Source: a virus
Lineage: Duplodnaviria; Heunggongvirae; Uroviricota; Caudoviricetes
DNA length: 64,000 bases
IMG/VR virus record: IMGVR_UViG_3300029720_000461
Strand: one strand, 5' to 3'
Every line of letters begins with the position of its first letter. Within the stretch, counting starts at the first letter, position 1. The notes beneath the pieces are model-generated. The model searched no databases and was not told the origin of the DNA. It saw only the letters and a list, made by a program, of their open reading frames with translations. The translations under genes and the position numbers were made by a program. Below, piece by piece: positions 10,699 to 18,955 of this stretch.

Positions 10699-11001
10699 AT
10701 GATTATGAGTAATTGTGGTCTTGTTGTAAATAAAAACGATATTAACACATACTTTCAAAGTTTTATTAAACCTAGAATTTTTGACGCTGAATGGCATATA
10801 AGCTTAGCGTCAGATTTTCTTAATATAATTGATAAAGATGAATTTAAGTTAGATGATTTATGTAATCCTAAATACATAAAAGATGTTCTTAATGATAATA
10901 AAGATAATGAATACACTAAAGCTGTCCTCTATAGAAAAAATCCTGAAATGTATATATCGGGAATATTTAGATTGTATGATTTATACTTAAAGAGCAAATA
11001 A
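10699..11001 (+). CDS. hypothetical protein (paralog of 12829..13131)
   Basis: Shared motif D..FHI.LA..FL..ID.DE ... PE.YIS..F with the 12829 ORF. Confidence 0.5.
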   Translation: MIMSNCGLVVNKNDINTYFQSFIKPRIFDAEWHISLASDFLNIIDKDEFKLDDLCNPKYIKDVLNDNKDNEYTKAVLYRKNPEMYISGIFRLYDLYLKSK

Positions 11002-11092
11002 TCAAGGATGACGGTTACGGATTAGTATTTTAATAATAAAGGAGAGTGGTTTGTATGTTTAGTGATTTTAGAAATTCAATAGGAGTATAAAA

Positions 11093-11165
11093 GGATTGTA
11101 AGCTAACTCGGTAGAAGCGTCTGTCTGAAGAACAGAAGGAATTGGTTCGACACCAATACAATCCA
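11093..11165 (+). tRNA. tRNA-Phe(GAA)
   Basis: Acceptor ggattgt/acaatcc; anticodon arm tctgt-ctgaaga-acaga; T arm attgg-ttcgaca-ccaat; overlaps and invalidates the minus ORF 11030..11224. Confidence 0.8.
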
Positions 11166-11284
11166 TTAGCACTGCTGAAGTGGTTGTAAATGTAATTGTC
11201 TGAGTTCTTTACAATCAGGTGCAAAACAAAATCAGATATATCAGACTATTTCTTCAGCAATATATATCTGATTATATTAAATAA

Positions 11285-11813
11285 TGCGGGATAGAGCAGT
11301 TGGAAGCTCGCAAATGTATTATTTAAGTAAAGGAGAGGTATGTTTCATGGATTCTCCAAAAAATATGGGAAACAAAGCAGAGATAGTTGTTATATCAGAA
11401 TTTATTAAAAATGATATACCTGTTTCAATTCCTTTTGGACAAAATGAACCATATGATTTAGTAATTGATACAAAATATGGATTTAAGTCTGTTCAAGTAA
11501 AACATGGAACTTATAGAAATGGTTGCGTTGTTGTAGATATAAGACATCGAATAGGATATTCTAAAATAGAATATAGTACATATGATGGCAAAGCTGATTA
11601 TATCGCAATATGGTGCGAAGAATTAAATACTTGCTATTTATTAGATATTAAAGAATGTAATGGAAAAACCAATCTTAGATTAAGAATTGATAATCCTAAA
11701 AATAATTCTTGCATTTCAACTATAGTTTGGGCTAAAGATTATGAATTTTCTAATAAAGTTCTTTTACTAAAATAATACATTTGAGGTCACAGGTTCAAGT
11801 CCTGTTCCCGCTA
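11285..11813 (+). tRNA. interrupted tRNA gene (5' half 11285-11315, 3' half 11779-11813) split in the anticodon loop by a 463-bp ORF-bearing insertion
   Basis: 5' half has canonical geometry: acceptor tgcggga, U8A9, D arm gagc-agttggaa-gctc, G26, anticodon-stem strand caaat. 3' half: atttg, variable aggtc, T arm acagg-ttcaagt-cctgt, acceptor tcccgct. The two anticodon-stem strands extend into a perfect 12-bp helix caaatgtattat/ataatacatttg. Confidence 0.5.
11347..11775 (+). CDS. PD-(D/E)XK-like nuclease (Hjc/endonuclease-like) encoded inside the tRNA insertion
   Basis: Motifs EPYDLVID ... KSVQVKHG (PD...(D/E)XK spacing); AGGAGAGG RBS 8 nt upstream; fills almost the whole insertion. Confidence 0.45.
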   Translation: MDSPKNMGNKAEIVVISEFIKNDIPVSIPFGQNEPYDLVIDTKYGFKSVQVKHGTYRNGCVVVDIRHRIGYSKIEYSTYDGKADYIAIWCEELNTCYLLDIKECNGKTNLRLRIDNPKNNSCISTIVWAKDYEFSNKVLLLK

Positions 11814-11859
11814 CTGGTTGTTCCCCGACAGCCTATTTAGATTAAATATAAACACTCGT

Positions 11860-11933
11860 TCTGATTTAGTTTAATGGTAAAACACCTGTAGTCAAATACG
11901 GGAGATTAAGGGTTCGATTCCTTTAAGTCAGAA
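11860..11933 (+). tRNA. tRNA (paralog of tRNA-Thr at 7441) with 8-nt anticodon loop; identity uncertain
   Basis: Acceptor tctgatt/agtcaga and D arm near-identical to 7441; the best anticodon arm cctgt-agtcaaat-acggg has an 8-nt loop; one extra nt between T stem and acceptor. Confidence 0.4.
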
Positions 11934-11939
11934 TCGGTG

Positions 11940-12830
11940 ATGTCGGTATTATTATTGAGAAGTTGCTTGCAATAGTCAGTAATAGTATTGGATAAGCCGT
12001 AATAAAAAAATAACAGATACCCTAGTGAAGAAGGGCTGTCACCCTGCTAGGACATTCTTAGAGTAGTCTGTATTAAGAAGGATACCTTTTAATATAGGAT
12101 TTAAGTGACATTATAATTGATAAGTCCACTACTTATTAAGAAGATGGAGCTTGAAGGTTACGGAAAGTACCAATAGTTAGGAATGGTGTATCTATACAGT
12201 TTAATATAATGCCGCAACAGTGTGGGGAGAGCAATAGACGCTTGAGAAGAGAAGAACCTTAAGTCTTAGTCTTGTGGTGGGATTGAGCAGCTTAAGGAAT
12301 ACCAAACAATCTCCTTCGCTATGATGTTGTAGAAATACAACTATAACACACAGCAGCGGACAAGTAGCCCATAGGCGTGAAATGAGAAATTGGATGAATT
12401 AAACCAATATAAAATTCTGAATGATGGGTGAAAGTTGCAGGTAGAAAATCCTGTCATAGCATTGGGGAGAAATCCTGTGGTAAGAAGTTTAGAGGTCGCT
12501 CCTTTAAGCTCAGACTTATCATCTATGTAGCATAATAATAGCGGACTGTATAGGATAAGGCGAAAGCCTATCTGTTTTTATAATATTAGTCCTTTTGATT
12601 TAGGTTCTAGTTCCGTAAGGAGTATGGGTTCGACTCCCATAGAGGGCATTCACCTTAGCTCAATTACAATAAGTCTTAATAAGTAGCTATGATGACGATT
12701 ATACTGAAAATTTAGAATAGTTGTATACCTTTTGGGTGATTGACTATAGCGGTATCCATTTGTAGAGCAACCCCTTGTTGCGGGGTAGTATTCGGTAGAA
12801 GTCCGAGGGTGATTTATAAGGAGAAAATAT
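11940..12830 (+). ncRNA. candidate large structured non-coding RNA (GC-enriched, ORF-free block beside tRNAs)
   Basis: About 890 nt with no ORF of 60 aa or more on the gene strand, visibly higher GC than flanks, many GNRA-like and paired segments, a tRNA-like T arm plus acceptor-like 3' end (atggg-ttcgact-cccat agagggc) at 12615-12647. Confidence 0.25.
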
Positions 12831-13131
12831 GAAACTAACAAAGAAACAAATAATTGAATATATGAATAAATATATTCGAGGGTATTTATATGATGCTGAT
12901 TTTCACATATGTTTAGCAACAGAGTTTTTGAAATTGATTGACTGTGATGAAGTTGATATTGTTGAATATCAGAATATACCGTTAATTTTGCAGGTTATAT
13001 CTGAGCATAGTGAGACAGAAACCGCAAAATCTATTCTATGTCGCAAAACGCCTGAGTTGTATATTTCAGCATTGTTTGCAACATTAGAAAGACGTATCAA
13101 TGAGTATATTAATATGACGAAAACAGTATGA
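12829..13131 (+). CDS. hypothetical protein (paralog of 10699..11001)
   Basis: AAGGAGAA RBS; shared motifs with the 10699 ORF. Confidence 0.5.
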   Translation: MKLTKKQIIEYMNKYIRGYLYDADFHICLATEFLKLIDCDEVDIVEYQNIPLILQVISEHSETETAKSILCRKTPELYISALFATLERRINEYINMTKTV

Positions 13132-13178
13132 GTAAATCCTATAAAAACCCGGATATACATTAGAATTAAGTATTATTT

Positions 13179-13251
13179 GTGTCACTAGCTCAGTTGGTAG
13201 AGCATACGACTTTTAATCGTAGGGTCACGGGTTCAAATCCCGTGTGACACA
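13179..13251 (+). tRNA. tRNA-Lys(TTT)
   Basis: Acceptor gtgtcac/gtgacac; D arm gctcagttggtagagc; anticodon arm tacga-cttttaa-tcgta; T arm acggg-ttcaaat-cccgt. Confidence 0.8.
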
Positions 13252-13494
13252 CTTAATCCGGTACAGGATGCAGATTATAAAAGCAGAATTGTATTGGATA
13301 TCAGTGGAAATCTGAATTATTAAGTGCAATATGTAATGGGACAACGTATTGTATGATAGCTGTGATAATCAGTATTTGCGAACAAAGAACGATGGGAAAA
13401 ACATGTCAGCAGGTGCAGGGTAAGTGTGCATAGCTTATCACAGAGGTTTCGATACCAAAGGGCATGTTTTCGTTCATTCCCGAAAGGAGAAGAT

Positions 13495-14073
13495 ATGTAT
13501 TATTTACTGGATTATGAAAATATTGGTTCGTTAGGGCTTAAAGGGATTGACAGCCTTACAGATAAAGATATTGTGTGTATATTTTATTCAGAAAATGCTC
13601 ATACAATTGATTTGGAAGCAATAGAAATGTTTAAGAGTACAAAGGCGGCAGTCAAATACATAAAAGTAAAGAAAACCGCACCGAATTATGCAGATTTTCA
13701 GATTGTTACCCTTACAGGCTTAATTTTAGGAAAAGACAGTAAAGAAAAGGTTGCAATTATAAGCAATGATAAAGGCTATGTAGCAGTTATTGATTATCTT
13801 AAGGAAGACTGTGTAACAGGAACAAACAGAATAATTGAGCTTGCATCTACAATTGCAGATGTTAAAGGAAGTAACAGAAAAATAGAAAACAATGATTTAA
13901 AACAGAATCATAATTTCTATGATATTAATGATAAGAGAGTGAAAAATGTCATAAAAAGAAGTACAAATAAAGGTATGCTGAAATTAAACCTTATTGAAAG
14001 CTTTGGACGAATAGACGGACTTGAGCTTTTTAACAGACTTGAAAAAGATTTCAGACCTAGAAAAAGAGTGTAA
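13495..14073 (+). CDS. NYN/PIN-like domain protein (putative RNase)
   Basis: ATG at 13495 with AAAGGAGAAG RBS; N-terminal YLLDYENIG and later ISNDKGY resemble the NYN (LabA-like) acidic motifs. Confidence 0.4.
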   Translation: MYYLLDYENIGSLGLKGIDSLTDKDIVCIFYSENAHTIDLEAIEMFKSTKAAVKYIKVKKTAPNYADFQIVTLTGLILGKDSKEKVAIISNDKGYVAVIDYLKEDCVTGTNRIIELASTIADVKGSNRKIENNDLKQNHNFYDINDKRVKNVIKRSTNKGMLKLNLIESFGRIDGLELFNRLEKDFRPRKRV

Positions 14074-14316
14074 ATGAAAGACCTGATATTAAGACTGACA
14101 GATAAAGGAGTGGCATCTATGACCGGAAATAACAACCATATATTTTTAAAAGAGCTTAAAGAAAGAGAAAAGATGTCATATGCAGAATTAAGTGAATTAA
14201 CAGGCATACCAAAGGATACACTTGCTAACTGGATACTTGGCAGGCGTGAACCGCCTGACTATGTTATAAAGCTGCTAAAAGAAAAACTTACAGTATCTAA
14301 AGGAGACACGTTATGA
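14074..14316 (+). CDS. XRE-family helix-turn-helix transcriptional regulator
   Basis: MSYAELSELTGIPKDTLANW HTH; C-terminal PDYVIKLL motif shared with the 53389 regulator. Confidence 0.6.
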   Translation: MKDLILRLTDKGVASMTGNNNHIFLKELKEREKMSYAELSELTGIPKDTLANWILGRREPPDYVIKLLKEKLTVSKGDTL

Positions 14317-14522
14317 GAGATTATGTAAAAACATTTATTAATGCTGATGCAGATAAGAAAAAAGACATGATGAATACAATGACAACAGCTGATGCAATAG
14401 AATTGAATAAGGCAGGATATTTTCTTACACTTGAAGATGGAAAAGTAACAGATGTTACAAAAGAGACAGTAGTGCGTTCAAAGCATGTAAAAAAAGCAGA
14501 TGAAATCGAAAAAGCAATCTGA
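14313..14522 (+). CDS. hypothetical small protein
   Basis: 69-aa ORF overlapping the upstream stop (ATGA). Confidence 0.4.
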   Translation: MRDYVKTFINADADKKKDMMNTMTTADAIELNKAGYFLTLEDGKVTDVTKETVVRSKHVKKADEIEKAI

Positions 14523-14574
14523 TATGAAAGAACATAAATAAATACAATTTAACATATTATAACACATATTTTCG

Positions 14575-14603
14575 TTGACAAAATGTAAAATATAGGTTTA
14601 TAT
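14575..14603 (+). promoter_or_regulatory. putative sigma70-type promoter
   Basis: ttgaca-17 bp-ttatat upstream of the 14685 gene. Confidence 0.35.
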
Positions 14604-14684
14604 TTATTTATAGGGAAGGACATCATGTGAAAGCATCTTGCCTTTCCCTTTTTGTATACTGATAAATAGAAAGGAGTGTTATAT

Positions 14685-15692
14685 ATGCGTAAAAAGAAAA
14701 AATCCAAGCTTATAAAATGTGAAAATAATAAATATATATATGTATATAATGATTGGGAAACTTTAGGAAGCGTAAAAAGGATTTTAAGTTCAAGTGAAAA
14801 AGAAGCAAACGATAAAAAAGAAGCAGATGATATAAAAAAATATGAATACCTTGAAAAATTGAGAAAAGAAGGAACTCTAACAAGTGCCGTAAAATATTAT
14901 ATTCTGGCTTATGTAATAGAAACTTATACATTAAGTGAAATCATTCCTTATAGAAACCGGTGTGAGAAGCGTATATGTGATAATATCGGTTATTTAAAGG
15001 CGGATTTAATTACATCAGCTCAGGTAAATGATTATTTGTCAGGTATCACACATCTGTATAATGATTCAGGTCTTAAAAGCATAGCAGCATGTATTAAAGA
15101 ATCTGTCAGATGCATGACAGGTAGGGAACTGGATATTACTGTTCCTAAAAGCAGGCTGAACAACAGATATATTCTTAGTAATGAAGAAAAGAAAGATTTT
15201 GAAAAATATTGTATCAGCATTAATAATATAGAAGAAAAAACATTGTTATTTTCACTGTATACAGGAATTAAAATTGCAGATATCATAAACCTTGCATGGA
15301 AAGATTATAAATGCAATTCTGTAACGGTTAATAAAAAAATAATTCAACTGGATAAAAAAAGCAGGGATTTAATCAGCCAATTAAAACAGGAAAATCAGGA
15401 GAAAATATTTGTAAGAGATGGTCTTCTTTCTGATTCTTATTATTACACACTTGGAAGACATTTAAGAAATATAATTAATTATACAGGTATACCTGATGCT
15501 GTTAATTTCTTAAGTCTTAGAAATACCAAAATAATAGAGATGTATAATGAAGGTTTACCTTTTGCACAGATAAATAATAGTATAGGTTTTAATTTTGACA
15601 GAGAAAGGCAGGAAATATATAAAGCAAAAAAATATATTGAAAATATTGTAGAAAGCAATAGAATATATGAAGAAAGAAAAAAAGATATTTAA
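14685..15692 (+). CDS. tyrosine-recombinase-like protein with degenerate catalytic residues
   Basis: C-terminal segments resemble integrase box I/II (LYTGIKIADIINLAW; LSLRNTKIIEMYNEGLPFAQINNSIGF) but R->K, H->L, H->F substitutions; ATG at 14685 (listed ORF starts at a GTG). Confidence 0.35.
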   Translation: MRKKKKSKLIKCENNKYIYVYNDWETLGSVKRILSSSEKEANDKKEADDIKKYEYLEKLRKEGTLTSAVKYYILAYVIETYTLSEIIPYRNRCEKRICDNIGYLKADLITSAQVNDYLSGITHLYNDSGLKSIAACIKESVRCMTGRELDITVPKSRLNNRYILSNEEKKDFEKYCISINNIEEKTLLFSLYTGIKIADIINLAWKDYKCNSVTVNKKIIQLDKKSRDLISQLKQENQEKIFVRDGLLSDSYYYTLGRHLRNIINYTGIPDAVNFLSLRNTKIIEMYNEGLPFAQINNSIGFNFDRERQEIYKAKKYIENIVESNRIYEERKKDI

Positions 15693-16032
15693 GAATGACC
15701 AGAAAGAGAAGAAAATGAATAACGGAACAATTACAGTAAATGACATTATTTTGAAATATATGAATGGTGAAGAGTATGAATTAAAAATAGTCAATATATA
15801 TAATGAAAATATGTTTAATTTCTGGGCTGAAATAATGCTTGAAGAGAAATGCGTATTAAAATTATGTACTGTGCATAATGCTGTATTTGCCAGCATATAT
15901 GATGATACTGATGTGTATATTTTAAAAAGCAAAATGAAACTAAAAAAAGAATGGTTTGATAAATATGATTTTGCTGTGCCGGATGTAATAGATATTGTAT
16001 ACAAAAAGCTTTTAAAAATCACTGAAATATAA
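15667..16032 (+). CDS. hypothetical protein
   Basis: 121-aa ORF overlapping the upstream gene's end. Confidence 0.4.
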   Translation: MKKEKKIFKNDQKEKKMNNGTITVNDIILKYMNGEEYELKIVNIYNENMFNFWAEIMLEEKCVLKLCTVHNAVFASIYDDTDVYILKSKMKLKKEWFDKYDFAVPDVIDIVYKKLLKITEI

Positions 16033-16084
16033 ATCATTTTTATTTTTTGTAATTAAGACAAGACATAAACAGTGAGGTAATAAT

Positions 16085-16570
16085 ATGAAAGTATATGACA
16101 GTTATATAACAATCAATATAGACAGTAAAGAAAAAGAAATGCTTAATAAAATTGCCATTAGAAAAGGAAAAAAATTAAGCAGAATGATATATGAAGAATA
16201 TATAAAAAAGCTGTTGGAAGATGAGAATAAAAGTAAAAAAAGGGAAGAATCGTATAACCAGTATCAGGAAGTGATAAAAAGACTGCGTGGATATAATTCA
16301 AAAAAAGAACATAAAGAAATGTATGGCATAGTTGTATTTTCACAGGATAATTTTGATAAACAGTATTCAAAAGAAAGCAGAACTTATGTATTCAGTAATA
16401 ATAATGAAGCATTTTTAAAAAACTCCGACAGTGAGACAATATATGGTTCAAATCTTGACGGAACAGATGTAAATGTAAGAATAGATAAATGCGTAAAAGA
16501 ATGGATTATTGAAGAAGCTTATATGGCAGAAAGTATTAAAAACGGTTATGATGCAAAGAAGTACATATAA
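16085..16570 (+). CDS. hypothetical protein
   Basis: 161-aa ORF. Confidence 0.5.
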   Translation: MKVYDSYITINIDSKEKEMLNKIAIRKGKKLSRMIYEEYIKKLLEDENKSKKREESYNQYQEVIKRLRGYNSKKEHKEMYGIVVFSQDNFDKQYSKESRTYVFSNNNEAFLKNSDSETIYGSNLDGTDVNVRIDKCVKEWIIEEAYMAESIKNGYDAKKYI

Positions 16571-16825
16571 GAATAATTAATATATAAAATTGAAGAATAA
16601 TTATAATTCTTATGAAAGGACAGCAGATTATTTTGCTGTTCTTTTTTATACAAGTATAAATGAATTACACTTATTTAAAGCATTAGAAAAATCTGAAAGA
16701 GCAGATTTTGACAGTGCTTTATTTTTTTGCTTGTTTTTGGAAATAAGCCTTATTAAAGCGTTTATAAAAAGTGATTTTAGTATCATTAAGTAAAGAAAAT
16801 AAATGCTGATAAGAGGGCAATAGAT

Positions 16826-18712
16826 ATGGATAAACAAAAATTTACTTATAAAGTATATGATGCTAAAACAAGAAGCTTCATATATGAAGAGGATTTCACA
16901 AGTGATAATCCTTTTAAAGATATAGCAGAACGGATGAGTAAAGAAGACATATCACATGGGAGTCTTTATATCGTGGCAGAAAATGAAAACGGACAGGAAG
17001 CTGCATATACGATTGTAAAGAAAAGTGGTACAAAATTCGTTAAGTATGAACATTGTGATTTTCCTTTATCATATATAGATTTTGATATTGAGCCAAGATA
17101 TCTTACATGTATTGATGAAGTGTATAACCACTATAAGTATTATGAGATAACCTTTGATAAGGATAATTTAAGGACAAATGTAAGATATGGACGTATAGGT
17201 GCTGATAAGAATGATACATTTGGTGAGCGTGAATATGATTATCCTTTATCTATGTACTGGGTTAAATATTATGAGAAATTGTCAAAAGGCTATGAAGATA
17301 AAAGTGAACTTAAGGATTTTGATAACAGGCAGAAAAAAGGAACTGAATATGAACCTGTTAAGGATAAATACTCAAAATCACTTATTGAGTTCCTTATAAG
17401 AAAGCAGAAAGACTATGTTGAAAGTAATTATTCAACCGGTGCAGCATTTTCAATGGAAGCTGTAAAAAAATCTGAAAAGATACTGGAAGAGTTAAAGGCA
17501 TATGCTGATTCATCATTTTCAAATAAACAGTTTAAAATAAGAGAACTCTTTAAGGAGCTTGTAACAATATTGCCAAGAAGAATTGCAGATGTATCAAACT
17601 ATCTTAATTATATAACAGGTTTAAGTTCTGAAGCTTTAATGGAACATATTGAACAGGAAGAAGACCTGCTTAATAACTTTAAGGACTTATATGTTAAAAA
17701 AGAAAATGAAGCTGAAGAGAAAGCTGATAATAAAGACATACTTGAAGCTAATAATTTAACAGCCACATGTACGGATTATAAAGACATACATATGATAGAA
17801 GATAAGCTTGATAAAGATATGGCGGCAATGAAGACAGTATTAGCTGTTAAAAATAAATATACTAATGACCGTTACATAGCATGTAAAAAAGAAAAAGGCA
17901 TTGAGAACAGGGGATGTCATTTATTATGGCACGGAAGCCGTACAGAAAACTGGTGGAGTATATTTAAGAATGGTTTAACACTTAATAATAACGCAATAGT
18001 AACAGGAAAGATGTTCGGACAGGGATTATACTTTGCTCCTAAAGCTGAAAAGAGTATGAATTATACATCAAGTTTAGGAAGCTATTGGACAGGCGGTAAT
18101 GATAAAACTGGCTTTATGGCGTTATATGCAGTTGCTATGGGTAAACCTTATGAAATTGACCATGCACTTAGTTCATATTTTACTGAAAAGGATTTAAAGC
18201 ATGGCTGTCATTCAGTATGGGGAAAAGCAGGAAGACATTTAAGAAATGATGAATGCATTATTTATGATGAAAGACAGTGTGACATTAAGTTTTTGCTTGA
18301 GGTTGACAGGGAAAGAGAAAAGTATCTTACACCTGAATTTATAAAAGCTGCAAGGAATATAAAACTCAATCAGTTAAAAGCAGATAAAAACGGATTAAGA
18401 GCTTATATGAGCTTAAGAACTCCTGACAGTACTTTTAGCAGACTGAATATGGATAAAAATAATAAAGTCGAATTTATTTATACTTATGATAACACACTTA
18501 CAATCAAGACATATGATAAGGAACTTAAATCAAGTGAAAAGGAACTTAAATTTAATTCATATCAGACTGATTATCTTAAAATGATGTTTAAAGAAAATTT
18601 CACTTCTAATGACAGGGAATTTGATATGTTACTTGAAGAAAAACAGAAGGAAGTACAAAAGCCAAAGACTAAAGTAAAAAAGAAAGAAATTGAAATGTCT
18701 CTGCTTGCATAA
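16826..18712 (+). CDS. WGR-like + PARP-catalytic-domain ADP-ribosyltransferase
   Basis: N-terminal YYEITFDKDNL...VRYGRIGAD (WGR-like); catalytic H-Y-E signature: LLWHGSRTENWWSIFKNGL, GQGLYFAPKAEKSMNYTS, NDECIIYDERQCDIKFLLEV (cf. PARP1 HGS / GIYFA / NEYIVYD). Confidence 0.75.
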   Translation: MDKQKFTYKVYDAKTRSFIYEEDFTSDNPFKDIAERMSKEDISHGSLYIVAENENGQEAAYTIVKKSGTKFVKYEHCDFPLSYIDFDIEPRYLTCIDEVYNHYKYYEITFDKDNLRTNVRYGRIGADKNDTFGEREYDYPLSMYWVKYYEKLSKGYEDKSELKDFDNRQKKGTEYEPVKDKYSKSLIEFLIRKQKDYVESNYSTGAAFSMEAVKKSEKILEELKAYADSSFSNKQFKIRELFKELVTILPRRIADVSNYLNYITGLSSEALMEHIEQEEDLLNNFKDLYVKKENEAEEKADNKDILEANNLTATCTDYKDIHMIEDKLDKDMAAMKTVLAVKNKYTNDRYIACKKEKGIENRGCHLLWHGSRTENWWSIFKNGLTLNNNAIVTGKMFGQGLYFAPKAEKSMNYTSSLGSYWTGGNDKTGFMALYAVAMGKPYEIDHALSSYFTEKDLKHGCHSVWGKAGRHLRNDECIIYDERQCDIKFLLEVDREREKYLTPEFIKAARNIKLNQLKADKNGLRAYMSLRTPDSTFSRLNMDKNNKVEFIYTYDNTLTIKTYDKELKSSEKELKFNSYQTDYLKMMFKENFTSNDREFDMLLEEKQKEVQKPKTKVKKKEIEMSLLA

Positions 18713-18735
18713 AAACATCTTTGCACGGCTTACTA

Positions 18736-18868
18736 ATGTCTTATTACATAAGCCATATCTTATTACATAAGCCATGTAAGACGTTGGTAAAGCTGTGCCA
18801 GTTTTGCTTATTAGAGTAATGCATACTTCGTAGACATTACTCTAATAAGCAAAACTTAGAATCACTAT
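18736..18868 (+). repeat. intergenic repeat block: 18-nt tandem direct repeat x2 and 16-bp inverted repeat around tacttcgtag motif
   Basis: tcttattacataagccat x2; gcttattagagtaatg / cattactctaataagc flanking catacttcgtagaca. Confidence 0.6.
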
Positions 18869-18955
18869 GATAATAAAATTGTTTTTTAAAAAGTAATGAG
18901 TTTATTTTTAATTCAATTCAAAAAATATTAACTATATCATAAAAAGGAGAAAGAT

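Noticed and set aside
11030-11224. 64-aa minus-strand ORF
   Set aside because: Overlaps the canonical tRNA-Phe(GAA) at 11093-11165.
11284-11346. N-terminal extension of the ORF inside the split tRNA (MRDRAVGSSQ...)
   Set aside because: This part is the tRNA 5' half read as codons. The real start is the RBS-preceded ATG at 11347.
11316-11778. Group I intron interpretation of the tRNA insertion
   Set aside because: There is no guanosine within reach of the 3' junction to serve as omega-G. About 460 nt almost fully occupied by an ORF leaves no room for a P3-P9 core. Left as an unclassified insertion.
12650-12919. 89-aa minus-strand ORF
   Set aside because: Spans the tRNA-like 3' element and the RBS and start of the + strand gene at 12829, with no supporting signals.
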